Source of the DNA: Amphiscolops sp. MND2022
Taxonomy: Eukaryota
NCBI GenBank assembly: GCA_964187785.1
Contig: OZ076413.1
Location: 44,580,001 to 44,644,000, forward strand
Direction of reading: 5' to 3'
DNA: 64,000 nt
Part shown: positions 34,100-45,836 of the stretch, piece by piece
Numbering within the stretch: position 1 is the first letter of the stretch
Layout of the letters: every line of letters starts with the position of its first letter
The notes under the pieces: generated by a model
Told to the model about the DNA's origin: nothing
Databases searched by the model: none
What the model saw: the letters and a program-made list of their open reading frames with translations, nothing else
Made by a program: the position numbers and the translations under genes

Positions 34100-35569
34100 T
34101 TAAAATATTGATCTATAATTGAGTCCTGAGTAGGGATTAAAAAAGTTTATATGTCCTGTTCTAATCTCAGGTAAATCAGCGTCACAAAGGTAGGAAATGG
34201 AGGTAACAATGAATGGTGATGGGGTTGTTTTATGTGCTACTCTTGTTGAAAGAGAGAATGGATGAGGTCCTAACGAGTTAAATGTGACTTCTACTTCAAA
34301 TTTTAATGTGAGTTGTTGTTCTTGTAATCTTCGTAGTTCTCTTTGTTTTCTTTGAGTTGAGAGTGAACTATTTTTTATAAATCTTGCAGGTAATACCGTG
34401 TATCGAGGATCTTCGTTAAGCGTGCGAACAATTTTTGAGTTAACACGAATAGGATATTCGTGAGGATTTGGCGATGGAGGTCTTGAGAAGTCTTCTAAAA
34501 AATATTCAGGTAATTGTATAGAGGAGTTTGAGGCTATTGAACTAGGGGAGTGAACTCGTGAAAAATTAGCTGCGCTATCTGATATAGTTGCTGGCTCTTC
34601 AGAAAGAAGAGAGGCTGTTTCAAATCCTGATGTGATTTGAAATGGTAGTGATAGAGAAGATGGTATAGTGGGCTGAGATGAGGAAAGAGAAGAAGTGTCC
34701 AATCTGGGTTGGGCGTGTTGTCGAAGTAGTCTTGAGTTTGTACTTGAACTAGTTAGGGATTGTAATTCTTGAGAATCTCTTTGTTGTTGAGATCGAAGGT
34801 TATAATTATGTCTTGGTACTCTAGTACTAGCAGTTGAGTCAGAGTCTTTATCTTTATGATATAAGTCTGTTAATGAAGAGGTAGTTGTTGAATGTACACG
34901 TTGTAATTCAAGCTTGGGATATATTTGAGAAAATGTGAAGGAACTTAGTTCCGATGGTGAAGGAGTTGGGTATTGTTGTGATTTTTTCGTTGGTGATTTT
35001 AATGACGGTTCTGGTAAAAATGTTATTGGGATATTACTTGATGATGGTAAATCAAGATTTTGTGGTAATGTAGGTAAAGGAGTTTTTCTTTTTGTTTTCG
35101 TTGCAGTTGGTACTTTGTGTGGACAAGAATTTATGTATTGTAGGACTGAGCTAGGATCAGGGATATGAATAGAACGAGTGGTAGTAATCGGTGGAAGAGG
35201 AGGTCTATTCAAAATATCTGAAGTATCTTGTGTATTTGGTATTGTAGGTGTTTCATCATTAGAGTCAGAAAGTGGTGAATTTGTTTCTAAAAATGTTAGA
35301 TTTCGTGAAATAGGTTGTGATTGAGTTGTTAATATTTGTGGTTGAGTTTGGGATATAGGTGTATTAGTGGGTGTTGTTGGTACTCTATCAGGAGTATATG
35401 GAGCGGATGGACTGGGATTTGAGGATGAGAAATCCAGTATGTCTGTATCTGAATTTAAATATGCTGTATATTCAGGTAATCTTTGGAGTGAATGTGTTGA
35501 CCTAGAAGAAGAGTTATTTGTAGTTGATGATGGTGAGTGAATATGTCTATCAATTTTGAAATCGTTGTG
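34100..35569 (-). CDS. E2 ORF2 (~489-codon open frame, no Met)
   Basis: Open from the stop at 35570-35572 to 34100; homologous to E1 ORF2; env ATG follows 2 nt after its stop. Confidence 0.8.
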   Translation of the reverse strand, partial: HNDFKIDRHIHSPSSTTNNSSSRSTHSLQRLPEYTAYLNSDTDILDFSSSNPSPSAPYTPDRVPTTPTNTPISQTQPQILTTQSQPISRNLTFLETNSPLSDSNDETPTIPNTQDTSDILNRPPLPPITTTRSIHIPDPSSVLQYINSCPHKVPTATKTKRKTPLPTLPQNLDLPSSSNIPITFLPEPSLKSPTKKSQQYPTPSPSELSSFTFSQIYPKLELQRVHSTTTSSLTDLYHKDKDSDSTASTRVPRHNYNLRSQQQRDSQELQSLTSSSTNSRLLRQHAQPRLDTSSLSSSQPTIPSSLSLPFQITSGFETASLLSEEPATISDSAANFSRVHSPSSIASNSSIQLPEYFLEDFSRPPSPNPHEYPIRVNSKIVRTLNEDPRYTVLPARFIKNSSLSTQRKQRELRRLQEQQLTLKFEVEVTFNSLGPHPFSLSTRVAHKTTPSPFIVTSISYLCDADLPEIRTGHINFFNPYSGLNYRSIF

Positions 35570-35738
35570 TTATGATAGTTAGTTTCAGCTTGTAAAATAG
35601 TTATAGTTTTATATCAATTAGAATTTCTTTCTTTTATTCTTATTCGTGAAATAAATTTCATTTATTTTCGCATTAAGCTTCAAACTTTTTCTTTCTTTCA
35701 AACTTTCTTTGTGTGTATTTCTTTCTGTATTCCGTATT

Positions 35739-38700
35739 TCAGCAGGATTTTTGAGAAAGTGAAATTATATCCTTTTCACCAAGAAAGAGTCGGTAGTCTT
35801 TTCTTGGTTGTGGGCGGAAATTGTATCTATTATAGGAGTGTCTTCGGGGATTAATAAAATTATCATAATCATGAATATCTGGTTGGTTATCCAGGGAGGT
35901 ATTTTGAGGAATTTGTTCTTTTTGTTTATATGGAAATGAAGAATATTGGTTAAATGGTTCTGGTTGTAAGTCAATCGTGGATGGTATATCCGTTTCTTTA
36001 TTAAATGTTGTGGAAGGAAATTGTTCTTCGTCTGTAAATTTGTCTTCATCAGAGTTAATTATTTGATCATTTGTATTTGAATGACAGTCATTAAATAAAT
36101 GAGGGTTATATTGTTGTATGAAAGGGAAAATAACTGGTTCTTTTGGATAATAAGGAATTAAATGATTTCTATGTATGTGCGATGTATAACCATCTTGATT
36201 AACAAGTTCATATGTTATATCGGAGAGTTTGTTAATAATTTTGAATGGGCCAATTCTGAGAGGTTTTAATTTATCGGAAAAATGAACATGGAGAAAATTT
36301 CTTTTTAGTACAAATGTACCAATATCTAAGGGTCTTGGATTGTGATATGTTTTGTTAAAATAAGCATAGGAATTAATCTTTCTTTTTGTGTTTTCATATA
36401 CCGTATGGTATATCTGTATCATAGCAGTTTCAGTAGCTAAGATCCATTGTGGAATTGGTTTAGCTAAAATTTTATGAAAGAAAGGGTTTAGATTTGATTT
36501 GTCATAGTGTGTATGAAGTGGTAATTCTTGACAATATTGAGAAGTACAATTTCTATATGTATCTCTTTGGAGATTGAGTTCAAAGTTGATTGGAATTCTG
36601 GGTATAGTATGGAATACTATTTCATATGGAGATAAGTTTAATTCAGAAAGTGGTTGTGAATTATGTGCATAAGCATACATATGGACTTGAGTTGACCAAT
36701 TTTCTGGAGTGTTATGTAAGAAAAGTCTAAGATGAGTTCCAAGATTTCTGTTTTGATTTTCAACTAAACCATTTGTCCATGGTGCATAAAGAGTTCTTGG
36801 TGAATGTCTAATTCCCATTATGGTACAAAGATTTGCAAATTCTGAATTAATATATTCTGTTCCACGGTCGGTAACTAGGTATACAGGAGGTCCAAATTTT
36901 GTTATCCAATGATGTAGTAATGAGTTAACAGCGTTTTGAGCATTATTTTGTTTTATGGGTACCGTTACTACAAAGTGACTAAAAGCGTCTACTATAACGT
37001 GAATGTATGAATTTTGATTTGATGGTGGATTTATAGGTCCTTTTGTATCCATTGATATTCGGTAATTAAAATATGAAGCATTGTCGGAGAAGGTTTGTAT
37101 AGATGCAGTTTGTAATTTTTGGTTAATATGTTTATTTTGTTGGCATTCAATGCAATCATGGATGAAGATTGACATCCATTTATTCAGGTACGGTATGAAG
37201 TAAAATTGGTTGAAAGCTTTGATGGATATTTTTATTCCTGAATGTCCATGAGCATGAAGTTTGTTAAAAGCTGTGTGGAAATGTTTAAATGGTAGACATA
37301 TTTTGTCTCTTTGATTCGGGTTGGAATCGTGAAGATTAGGATAATCTATGTGAATAATTTTTGTATCATGATTATTATCTAATTGGTTGAAGAGTTTGTA
37401 ATAGACTAATAAGAAAGAGTTAGCTGCAATTGTTGGGTCTATTTGTAAGGGTCTTTCATTATTAAGTATCCATTGGTAAACCTTTTGTAAGACAGTATCT
37501 TGTTTTTGTTGAGTTTTTATTGTTTCAATGGTTATTTGTGTATCTTCTGGTAGGAAGAAATAATTAAAATATTTTTTGTATTTGAAAAAGGACGGATCAA
37601 AAAATTGAACTTGTTGTGTACAATAGTCAGATTTGGTAGGATATTGTATAGCAAGGGTGTATTCTTTTACTTGTTCGAGTTTTGTTGTTGGATATTATTT
37701 GATGGTGTTATTTCATCTTCATCACTAAGAATGTCGGTATCATTAAGAATTGTCGATTGGTGTAAAAGAGGTTTTGCTTGTTTTTTTGTAGGCCTTTCAT
37801 ATTTTGATTCGAATGGAACAATAGATTGAAAAGAGAAGGAATCTAAAAGCTTTATATGTATATCTTCTCCTTTGTTATTTATACGGATGGAGAATTGGTC
37901 GTCTCCGTGGTCAGCAAGGATAGGATGACAATCATTTTTTTGATTATATTTTATTTCTTCATGTTTTACTAAATAATGTACTGGTTTGAGTTGATTATCT
38001 TTCATGATAGAGAAATCTATTTGAGGTGGTAATTGTTTGTGTCGTAATTGGTGTACTTGTAGCTGTTCTTTTGTAAAGGTTCTTGAAAGTATATCTGCTA
38101 CAGTTAAATTTTTTCCAGGGGTATGAATGATTTTTAATTTGGAGAATTTGGTTAATTGCATTTGTGCTCTATAGAATCTAGGACTAAGATTTCCTTTCTT
38201 TGCGAAACAATGTAGTAAAGGCTTGTGATCTGTGAAGAGATATATAGGATGAGGAGATCCAATGATCAAAAATTCATATATTTGTAATGCGTAAACTATT
38301 GCAAGAAGTTCTCTATCTAAAGTTGAAAGTTTTTGTTCTTGTGTATTGAGAATTCTGGAGTTATAAGAGATTACTTTCATCTTATTTTCTTCGTTCATTT
38401 GGAATAAGACTGCGCCTAAACCTACTAACGAAGCATCTACTGTTATAAAAAATGGATGCGTGGTGTTGGGTATTGTTAATTCAGTGTCTGCTGTCATTGC
38501 GTTTTTAACATTTTGAAATAGTTTTTCTAATTCAGGTGTCCATTGAAGTTTAACATCATCATGTAGTAATGTATACAATGGTTTAAGGTTTATATGAAGT
38601 TTTTCAATGAATTTTGAATAAACGTTAACACTGCCAAGAAATTGCTTTCATTTCATGTCCAAGGAATTTTACTTTGAGTAACATGTAGAACGATTTTTCA

Positions 38701-41700
38701 GGTGCAAGTTTGAGATTTTCTCGAGATGCTATTGTATGTAATTCTTTTATAAGTTCAAACATTTCTTGTTTTTCATTTGCGAGTAATAGAATATCATCTA
38801 TATAAACTAACGCAGAACGTTTGTCTATAAGTGATCTAAAGAAAGTTGACATTTGTTTTGTGAAAAAGTTTGGAAGTCCTTTTAATCCGTAAAATCCACG
38901 GATAAAGGCGTATAATTTGTCACCGGATGAAAACCCTGTAAGTTTAATTGTTTCTTCATCTAATGGTGTATGAGCATAGGCATACATTAGATCAATAGTT
39001 GATTTGTATTTTTTATTTGCTCTAGCTAATTGAGGAGCTAAAGGTTCAATAGGCCAAGATTCAAGTTCTTGGTTAGTGTTTGAGTTTAGATGTCTTGCGT
39101 CTAAAACAACTTTTATTGCGTCTCCTTTTGGGATAATAATTAAAGGGTTTAAAAATGTTGTTCCAATAGTATGTTTTTCATCTGTTGTTGAACCAATTTG
39201 TTTTATGATGTTGTATTTTTCGAGTTCTAGTAAAAGTTTATTTAGTCTATCTCTATAGTGGATAGGTACTTTAGAAGGTCTTTGTGTGTGAAGTTTACAA
39301 TTATCTTTTATTCTAATTCGGAAAGGAGTAGAAATCTTTCCTACGTCGTTTTTATGTTTGGCGTAACAATTTTGGTTGTTAATTAGAATATTGCAGAGAT
39401 TTACATATTCTGTATCGGTTAAATCTGAGTATTCGAAATTGAATTTCTTTATGAATTGTTGGTTTTCTGTAGAATAGGGTAATGGAGGGAAATCTTTTCG
39501 AATTTTATCTGAAGGTCGAAGGTTTCCAGTAACAGAAGGTATAGGAAGTTGAAGTGTTTTGTCGTTAAATTCTATCTTGTTTATTTCTAATAGGGATTGT
39601 GGTATTACCCTAGTACATAAGTTCATATCTGTATATGGATTTTGTTTAATCGGGGTTGTGGTATCAGGGTGATATGCATGTATTACAGAGTGAATGAGTG
39701 AATTTACATCTTTAACTCTGTAGTGAGGAGGAGTTGTTTGCGTAATAGGTATTTCTATATATCCAATAATTCCTCGTGGTAATGTAGCTGGGTAAGATGT
39801 AAAGTTTTGAAATTTAGTTGCACATGAGTCTTTGCTTTTTTCATTGACTATCATGTCTAAGAAATGAAAGATATTTTTAAATTTTTGTAAGAAATATGTA
39901 TATGGGTTTGTTGGGTAGAACTTCGTATTATCTTCGAGTTCAAAATGTAGATTTGAATAGTTTTTAATTGGGAAATGTATGGTTTTTCCTGACCTTGGTT
40001 TAAAGTGAATTGGTTCCTTACATTTAATAGTATAAATGTAAGAAATATATGGATAATCTTTTTCTGTAAATGTAGAAAATGTGGTTTTTGTTGAAAGCTT
40101 TGGATGTTGTTCTGTGTACGTCATAATGTTTTGTTGAAAATCAATATTTTGGATGTGCTTTTTGAAAAAGGGTGTTCCAAGAATGTTGTATTTGATATTT
40201 GCTACAGCAAAATCGATATTGAAGGATCTTGTTTTGTGATTTACTTCAGTGAAACAAGTCATCGAAATATAATGTATTATTGGTACTTCAGTTTGGTTTG
40301 CAACTGTAAGAGTTTTGGCTCTTTTGTTTTGGAGGTTAGTTGGAACATTGATGTTTAATTGTTTGGAAATTACATGAAATGTTGGTAAATTCAAAACAGA
40401 TATGGAAGCTCCAGTATCTAAAAGGAATAAGATTTCTAATTTTGAAGGTAATATGTTGTCATTTGTTTCAGAGGTGTGAATATATAGTGGATAAAACCAA
40501 CTATAAGGGGTGATTGTATTAGCTATTTCAGTCATTTGACAGGTGTGGATTTCAAATTTTGTACTATCAATTTCTTTTGGGGTTTTAACGTCTACTTGAT
40601 TTATTCTGTTTTGTTGTCTGTTTCTTGAGGGTGTTCTAGATCTTGATCTAAAATCTCTAGGTCTTGATGGAGATCTATATGGGTAATTATATCGTTTAAA
40701 GGAGTTTCCTTGTGATTGAGAACGAGATCTGTATCTTGAGCGAGAATTATATCTGTAATTTGAGTTATTTCTGTATGGAGATCTATATGGAGATCTAGAT
40801 TGAGTTCTTCTTTGATAATAATTATCAAATCGAGATCTATCCGGACTTCGGGATCGATTATAAAATTTTTGTCGAGAGTTTGATCTATAGTTGTTTTGCG
40901 AATATTCTCTACTATTGCTACGATATCTATCATTGTTTCTGTATCTATCATTATAGTAGTTTTGATTATATTTATTAATTTATTACGATCATTATCTGAG
41001 GAATAAGAGTTTGTGTTTTCATTTCGATTTTCCTGAGGATTATTAGGTTTACTGCGAAAATATTGTACAAAGGATTGTTGAGGAGTTCGTGATCTTTGGT
41101 TATTGTATTTCTGGTATTCGTCATCACGTTGTTTTTGATAACAATTTGAAATACTATGATTATGTTTATGACAATAGGAACAATATTTTCTATACGCTGG
41201 TTTGCTTTTGTTATTTGGGTCTCCAGTTTGAGTAACCATTATCTGATCTTCGTATTCAAATTCTTTTTGTTAGTATCCTCTTCAAGCGATACTTTATTTA
41301 TTTCTAGGGCTAAGTCGTTAGTTCTGATTTTTTCATTAGCAATATCTTCTGAATCGACATGTCTAACAAGTGTATGAAATGGTATTGAAGGTTCAAGTAA
41401 TGTTGATACATGTTTAACTTGTCGTTTATGGGCAAAATCTTTTAACTTTTTGGTAAACCTTTTGTAAAGATTTCATTATTTTTGAGATTTATGGTAGCTG
41501 CATTTTCATTACACCATCCCTTTTTAACTAATTGTTGTACTCTAAGGGCAAAGTGGCGAACTGTTTCATTATCCTTTTTCATGAGTGACATAGCTTCTAC
41601 TTGAGCGTAGTAAGCAGTTTTTTGAGATGAGAATTGTTTTTTGAATAGTTGTACAAAGGAATTCCATTGTTGTTTATATGATATATGGAGGTTAGTGTAC

Positions 41701-43685
41701 CAATCGAGAGCTGTTCCTATTAATGAACATTGTATGTAAGCCATGCGTCTATTATTCCAAGATTTGTATTTTATAGGATTATTTTGAGGTTCTTCACCTA
41801 TGGCGAAGGTTAATCTTGCTTCGACTTGTTGTAGATATCTTCGGGGGTGTAAGAATGAACCAAACCATCAAAAGGTTTCATAGGTTCTGGTATTGAAGCG
41901 GACATGTTTATAAAGGTATCTTGCGGCATTGGGAAATATTGGGGTGGCGGAGCTAATTGTTGTGTGAGTGGTGGAGGTATATATTGGATTGTATTTGGTG
42001 GTAATGGGTTAGGATTAGGGTTAGGATTTGGATTTGAATGCGTTTGATATAGTGGATCAGTTGGTATATGTGAGTGGAGGATTATGAAGTCTTCTTTGAG
42101 AATCCTGTGTAATATTAGAATAAGAAATGGAAGTACACGAGGTTCCTCGATTTTGAGAATATATATTCTGGGACGTATTGGTATTTGATAATTGTATGAA
42201 GGGATTTTGTGTTGTTGAAATTGTATTAATTTGAGAGTGGTTTTGGTTTATATTTGTATTGGTAGTTGTGTTTGATGGAGGATAAAAGTTATAATTAAAT
42301 GGATCGTAATATCGGTTGGAAGTTTGAGGATTATCATTAAAATTGTTACTAGAAATGGTTGATCGGTTTGAGCGAAAAGCGGAGGGAATTGATGGAGGAT
42401 CATATCTAGGTCGAGTAATGTATCTTGTAGAATCAGAGGTAGTTCTTGTTGGAGATGCAACATTAGCAGAAGTATTCTGAGTACTAGATGTATATTGTAA
42501 TGTATCATGGGTTTCATCAGTTATGTCATCTGTATGTGGAAGGTTAAAAGTTATATTACGGTTTGGAGATGTATCTAAATGAGATTGAGGACTATGTATA
42601 TTTTGTCCTTGATTTATAACTCTAGTTGGAACTCTAAAGGAATGAGTATGTACTGATGTTGATGTCCCTGTTTGTGATGGATTATATGTTGAGATTGTAG
42701 ATTCTTGGGTAGTAAACTCATTATCGTTATAGTTTTCAGGTTGATTTTGTTGTTGGGTTGTATTTTCTTGATCGGTGTTATTATCTTCAGTAGAATTGTT
42801 AGTGTTAAAATGTAAATTTTGTTGATCTTGAAAATTTTGTTGATAGTGGTAAGGTCTATTATCTGGGAATAGATCATTTTCTGTAATTAATAGAGGATCG
42901 AAACGTATGTAATCTAAGGTTTGTTTTGTAGTTTTTTGTGTTTTATGAAAATAAGGGTGTTCATTTTGTTCACTGATGATGAATGGTAAACATTCTTCTG
43001 ATGTAAATTGATCTGGAAATTCTGTAAAAGCAGATTGATCTTGTTGAGACCATAATAATTGATAATTAAATCTGAAATATTTTCTGAGAAAGAAAGATAT
43101 TACTTTGATCTGAGGAATTGTTTGGTCACTTAATGTTAGGTCTTTGAAGTAGTGGTAGATGAAATTTTGAATTCGTAATATATCAGCTTGTAACCAATGA
43201 TGAGGGTTGTCTTCAGGATTAACCAATGTTTCAATAATTTCTACGTCGAAATTGTCTATGTATCGTTGAAGATCGTCGAGTGCATTTGGACTATATTTTG
43301 GAATTTCGTGTGCTAAATTGTGGTCTTTTACATTATTTAGAAAAGCATGAAAAACTTGTTTAATAGGAACTTGAAGGTTTATTGGGTTTATTGTTCTTCT
43401 GTATATATGAGATGAGTTAAATTTTTGTTGAGGAAAGGATATTTGAAAAGTTGGGTATTCTTCGGTGATTGTTAAAACTTTATATCTAATATAGAAAAGG
43501 TATGTGTCCAAATGTTCTCTAATAAGAGGGATTGTTTCAATTGTGTGTGGTTCATTTTCAAATGGGAGTGGTTGTGTATAATGTGAAAGAATGTTTTGTA
43601 GAAATGGGTTTAGTTCTAATTTTACAACTTTTGCATTTTTAATGGCGGGAGTTTGGAAAGGTAGAGGGGTTGTCGTTGAGGACAT
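35739..43685 (-). pseudogene. gag-pol: E2 Gag-Pol, disrupted by several frameshifts/stops and a deletion in RT
   Basis: Fragments 42057-43685 (Gag N-term), 41442-41744 (CA), 40601-41239 (CCHC), 38625-40535 (PR LDTGAS, RT YIDD), 37667-38578 (RNase H), 35739-37175 (IN, GPF); ~25 codons missing after KFLGHE relative to E1. Confidence 0.93.
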
Positions 43686-43687
43686 TT

Positions 43688-43801
43688 TTAAAGTTTATCT
43701 CTTATCACTGTAAGTATTTTTTCAAGAAGAACACAAACTATAAATAAGACACAAAACGTGTATGTTGTAATGAGTACTACTGTGGTAACCTTTTCCCACA
43801 T
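43688..43801 (-). CDS. E2 37-aa single-TM micro-ORF directly upstream of gag
   Basis: MWEKVTTVVLITTYTFCVLFIVCVLLEKILTVIRDKL; TAA 2 nt before the gag ATG. Confidence 0.35.
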   Translation of the reverse strand: MWEKVTTVVLITTYTFCVLFIVCVLLEKILTVIRDKL

Positions 43802-43849
43802 GTTGTAATGTGAAGGTTATAACGTTAGAATGTCTTGTATAAAGATTTT

Positions 43850-44014
43850 CTAAGTTCGAGCTCTTGAGTAATTTCTTTGTTGATTTATGATAAAGAAGAA
43901 ATATCGTTGATATCGTTCAATTAATCTTTCAAAATCGTTTGGTGTAGGGTTTTGAAGTGAGCTAATTGGTGGAATGTAAAAGTTGAAAGGATAAATTTCT
44001 TGGTTTGGGTTCAT
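43850..44014 (-). CDS. E2 54-aa leader ORF
   Basis: MNPNQEIYPFNFYIPPISSLQNPTPNDFERLIERYQRYFFFIINQQRNYSRART translated by eye; no E1 counterpart recognised. Confidence 0.25.
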   Translation of the reverse strand: MNPNQEIYPFNFYIPPISSLQNPTPNDFERLIERYQRYFFFIINQQRNYSRART

Positions 44015-45045
44015 ATAGGTTGTATTGTAATTTTAAGTTATTTGAGAAGGTAATATTTTGAGATAGAGAAGAAATAAGCGGGTGCAGTAGGATCTGTATT
44101 CAACCGCAAAGGATTGCTAACAGAAACTAAATGTTATTTTAAGTCTGGATCACTTTAAGGTGTCTAACATAAGGTTACTGACACGTCCAGAAAAATTAAG
44201 GTTGTTTTAATTTTAAGTGGGTTGTGTGTTTTAAGACTAAAGGAGTGGAACTCTGAACAATCAACGTCCACTATCTGAATTCTGATCAATACTGATCAAG
44301 ATCAAAATTTGATCTTTGTTTCTTTTACTTTTACTTTTACTTCTTGAGAATTTTGAAGATTCGAACGTAGTTCGGTGTCTTCTCGATTCTCCTTAAAAAC
44401 GTTTACACTTAACTAAGGTTTTTAGTCAGTCTTAGAATCAGAGTACGCTGGTGAGGCTATCTGATTGGCTAAGTCTTACGGGAGGGAATAGGATTTATGG
44501 GTGCCTGAAAGTAGAAAACTAACTTTACTTTGTTTGTGTTTTTTACATGCCTTATTTTAAGTTTTAAAGCAAAAGAGTTGTGAAAATTGTATGTTGTATT
44601 TTGTTAAAATAATTGTTTTGTAGAATTATTTTAAAATTATTATTATTATTGGAAGTACTTGATGTAAGTTTGAGTTTATTTGTTATTGTTCTTTTTGTTG
44701 GTTGTTGAAAACATTTTTGAAGTTATGTGTATTATTTAAGTTTTGTGAATTTATTTGTATTGTTTGTCGACAATAGGGAAAGAAAGGGAATAGTGCGTGG
44801 TTGTTTTTGATAGTTAGTCTTGGTTGCCTTTTTTTGTTTTCAGAGTCTATTTCTGAATTTTTTTTGTAGGAAATTTTGTAGAAAGGGGATCCGGAACGTA
44901 AAAGTAGAAATCCAGGTTTTCTGCCAACACGAAGTTGATCTTGAGACGTATGTGCTTATAGGTGAGCGGAGTTGGACATGCACTCAGTCAACTATTACAC
45001 CAGGAGTCCACCTGACGTTCAAGATAGCAGGATTGAAGAAAGTTG

Positions 45046-45325
45046 CTGTGTCAAAGGTGTTAGAAAACCTTGATAAACCAGACAAACATCAGAGAACTGT
45101 TTCAACAAGCTTCCGGATTAGCTGTGATAAATCAGTATGGAGAACAGAACTGTGTCACTTTGGATAAATCAGTCTGGAAAAAGAAGAAAAACAGAACTGT
45201 GTCACAATGGATAAATCAGTCTGCAATGAAACCGTTTCAACGTATTGGAAAACGTGATAAACCGGTTGGCTAGAAGAACAGGAAGAAGAACCGTGTCAAC
45301 GTGTTAGAAAACGTGATAAACCGGT
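45046..45325 (-). repeat. E2 leader array of six internal-loop hairpins
   Basis: Minus-strand consensus ACYG-RTTTA-TC[variable stem-loop]GA-MA-CRGT with ACCG/CGGT vs ACTG/CAGT covariation. Confidence 0.7.
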
Positions 45326-45340
45326 ATTGAAGAGAATTTG

Positions 45341-45565
45341 TTATATTAAAGTTGATTGTTGTAGTGGAGAAATTGTGTTTCGAACGATGATGTATTTGTT
45401 AATGAAATTTAGAAAGTCATAGACCAAACTTTCAAGAAATTCTAGAAAGATTTCACTGCAATTCCAGAGAATTTCAAATATGTAGAGTGGTATTTGTATG
45501 ATTGTTGAGAGAAGAGAAATCATCCAGGAGAAAAGGCAAAAGAAAAATTTTACAAGTCGCACCAA
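45341..45565 (-). CDS. E2 leader micro-ORF conserved with E1
   Basis: Contains FLNFINKYIIVRNTISP; hydrophobic N-part; an internal ATG gives ~60 aa. Confidence 0.5.
   Translation of the reverse strand: MVRLVKFFFCLFSWMISLLSTIIQIPLYIFEILWNCSEIFLEFLESLVYDFLNFINKYIIVRNTISPLQQSTLI
45556..45564 (-). promoter_or_regulatory. E2 primer-binding site TGGTGCGAC
   Basis: 3 nt after the 5' LTR on the minus strand; same 9-mer as E1. Confidence 0.8.
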
Positions 45566-45567
45566 AT

Positions 45568-45836
45568 TGTGCTGCTTTTAATGGTTGGTTATTGTTTTTG
45601 ATGGTCTTATACGCAACTACTAAAAGCGGCTGAGAGACAGGCTAGCTAGCTTACTTTATTACAACTATTCCGAGGTGTTAGGAGTAGAACAAAAGGGAAG
45701 TCAACTGAATACTGATTATTAGTTTTCTCTCTCTGAAGGAGTAGAGATTTACAATCATTCAATAACAAATAAATGTACATTCTAGAACATTCTATAAGCA
45801 TCTAAATACTATTGGTTATTAATGTAGGTCAGTACA
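45568..45836 (-). repeat. E2 5' LTR (269 bp)
   Basis: TG...CA on the minus strand; flanked by TSD. Confidence 0.97.

Larger units (their letters stand above)
27492..45836 (-). mobile_element. Element E2: full-length 18,345-bp env-bearing Ty3/Gypsy-type LTR retroelement, same gene order as E1
   Basis: 269-bp LTRs 27492-27760 and 45568-45836 (2 mismatches), TG...CA, TSD CTTG (27488-27491, 45837-45840), PBS, gag-pol, ORF2, env, ORF4-6. Confidence 0.97.

Noticed and set aside
35739..43685. E2 lesions as proof of trans-mobilisation of a defective genome
   Set aside because: Two LTR mismatches in 269 bp allow enough post-insertion mutation over 8 kb, and indel errors cannot be excluded.
5374..45836. 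E1 and E2 as an inverted segmental duplication or one composite element
   Set aside because: Different LTR sequences and lengths, separate TSDs and substantial protein divergence show independent insertions.
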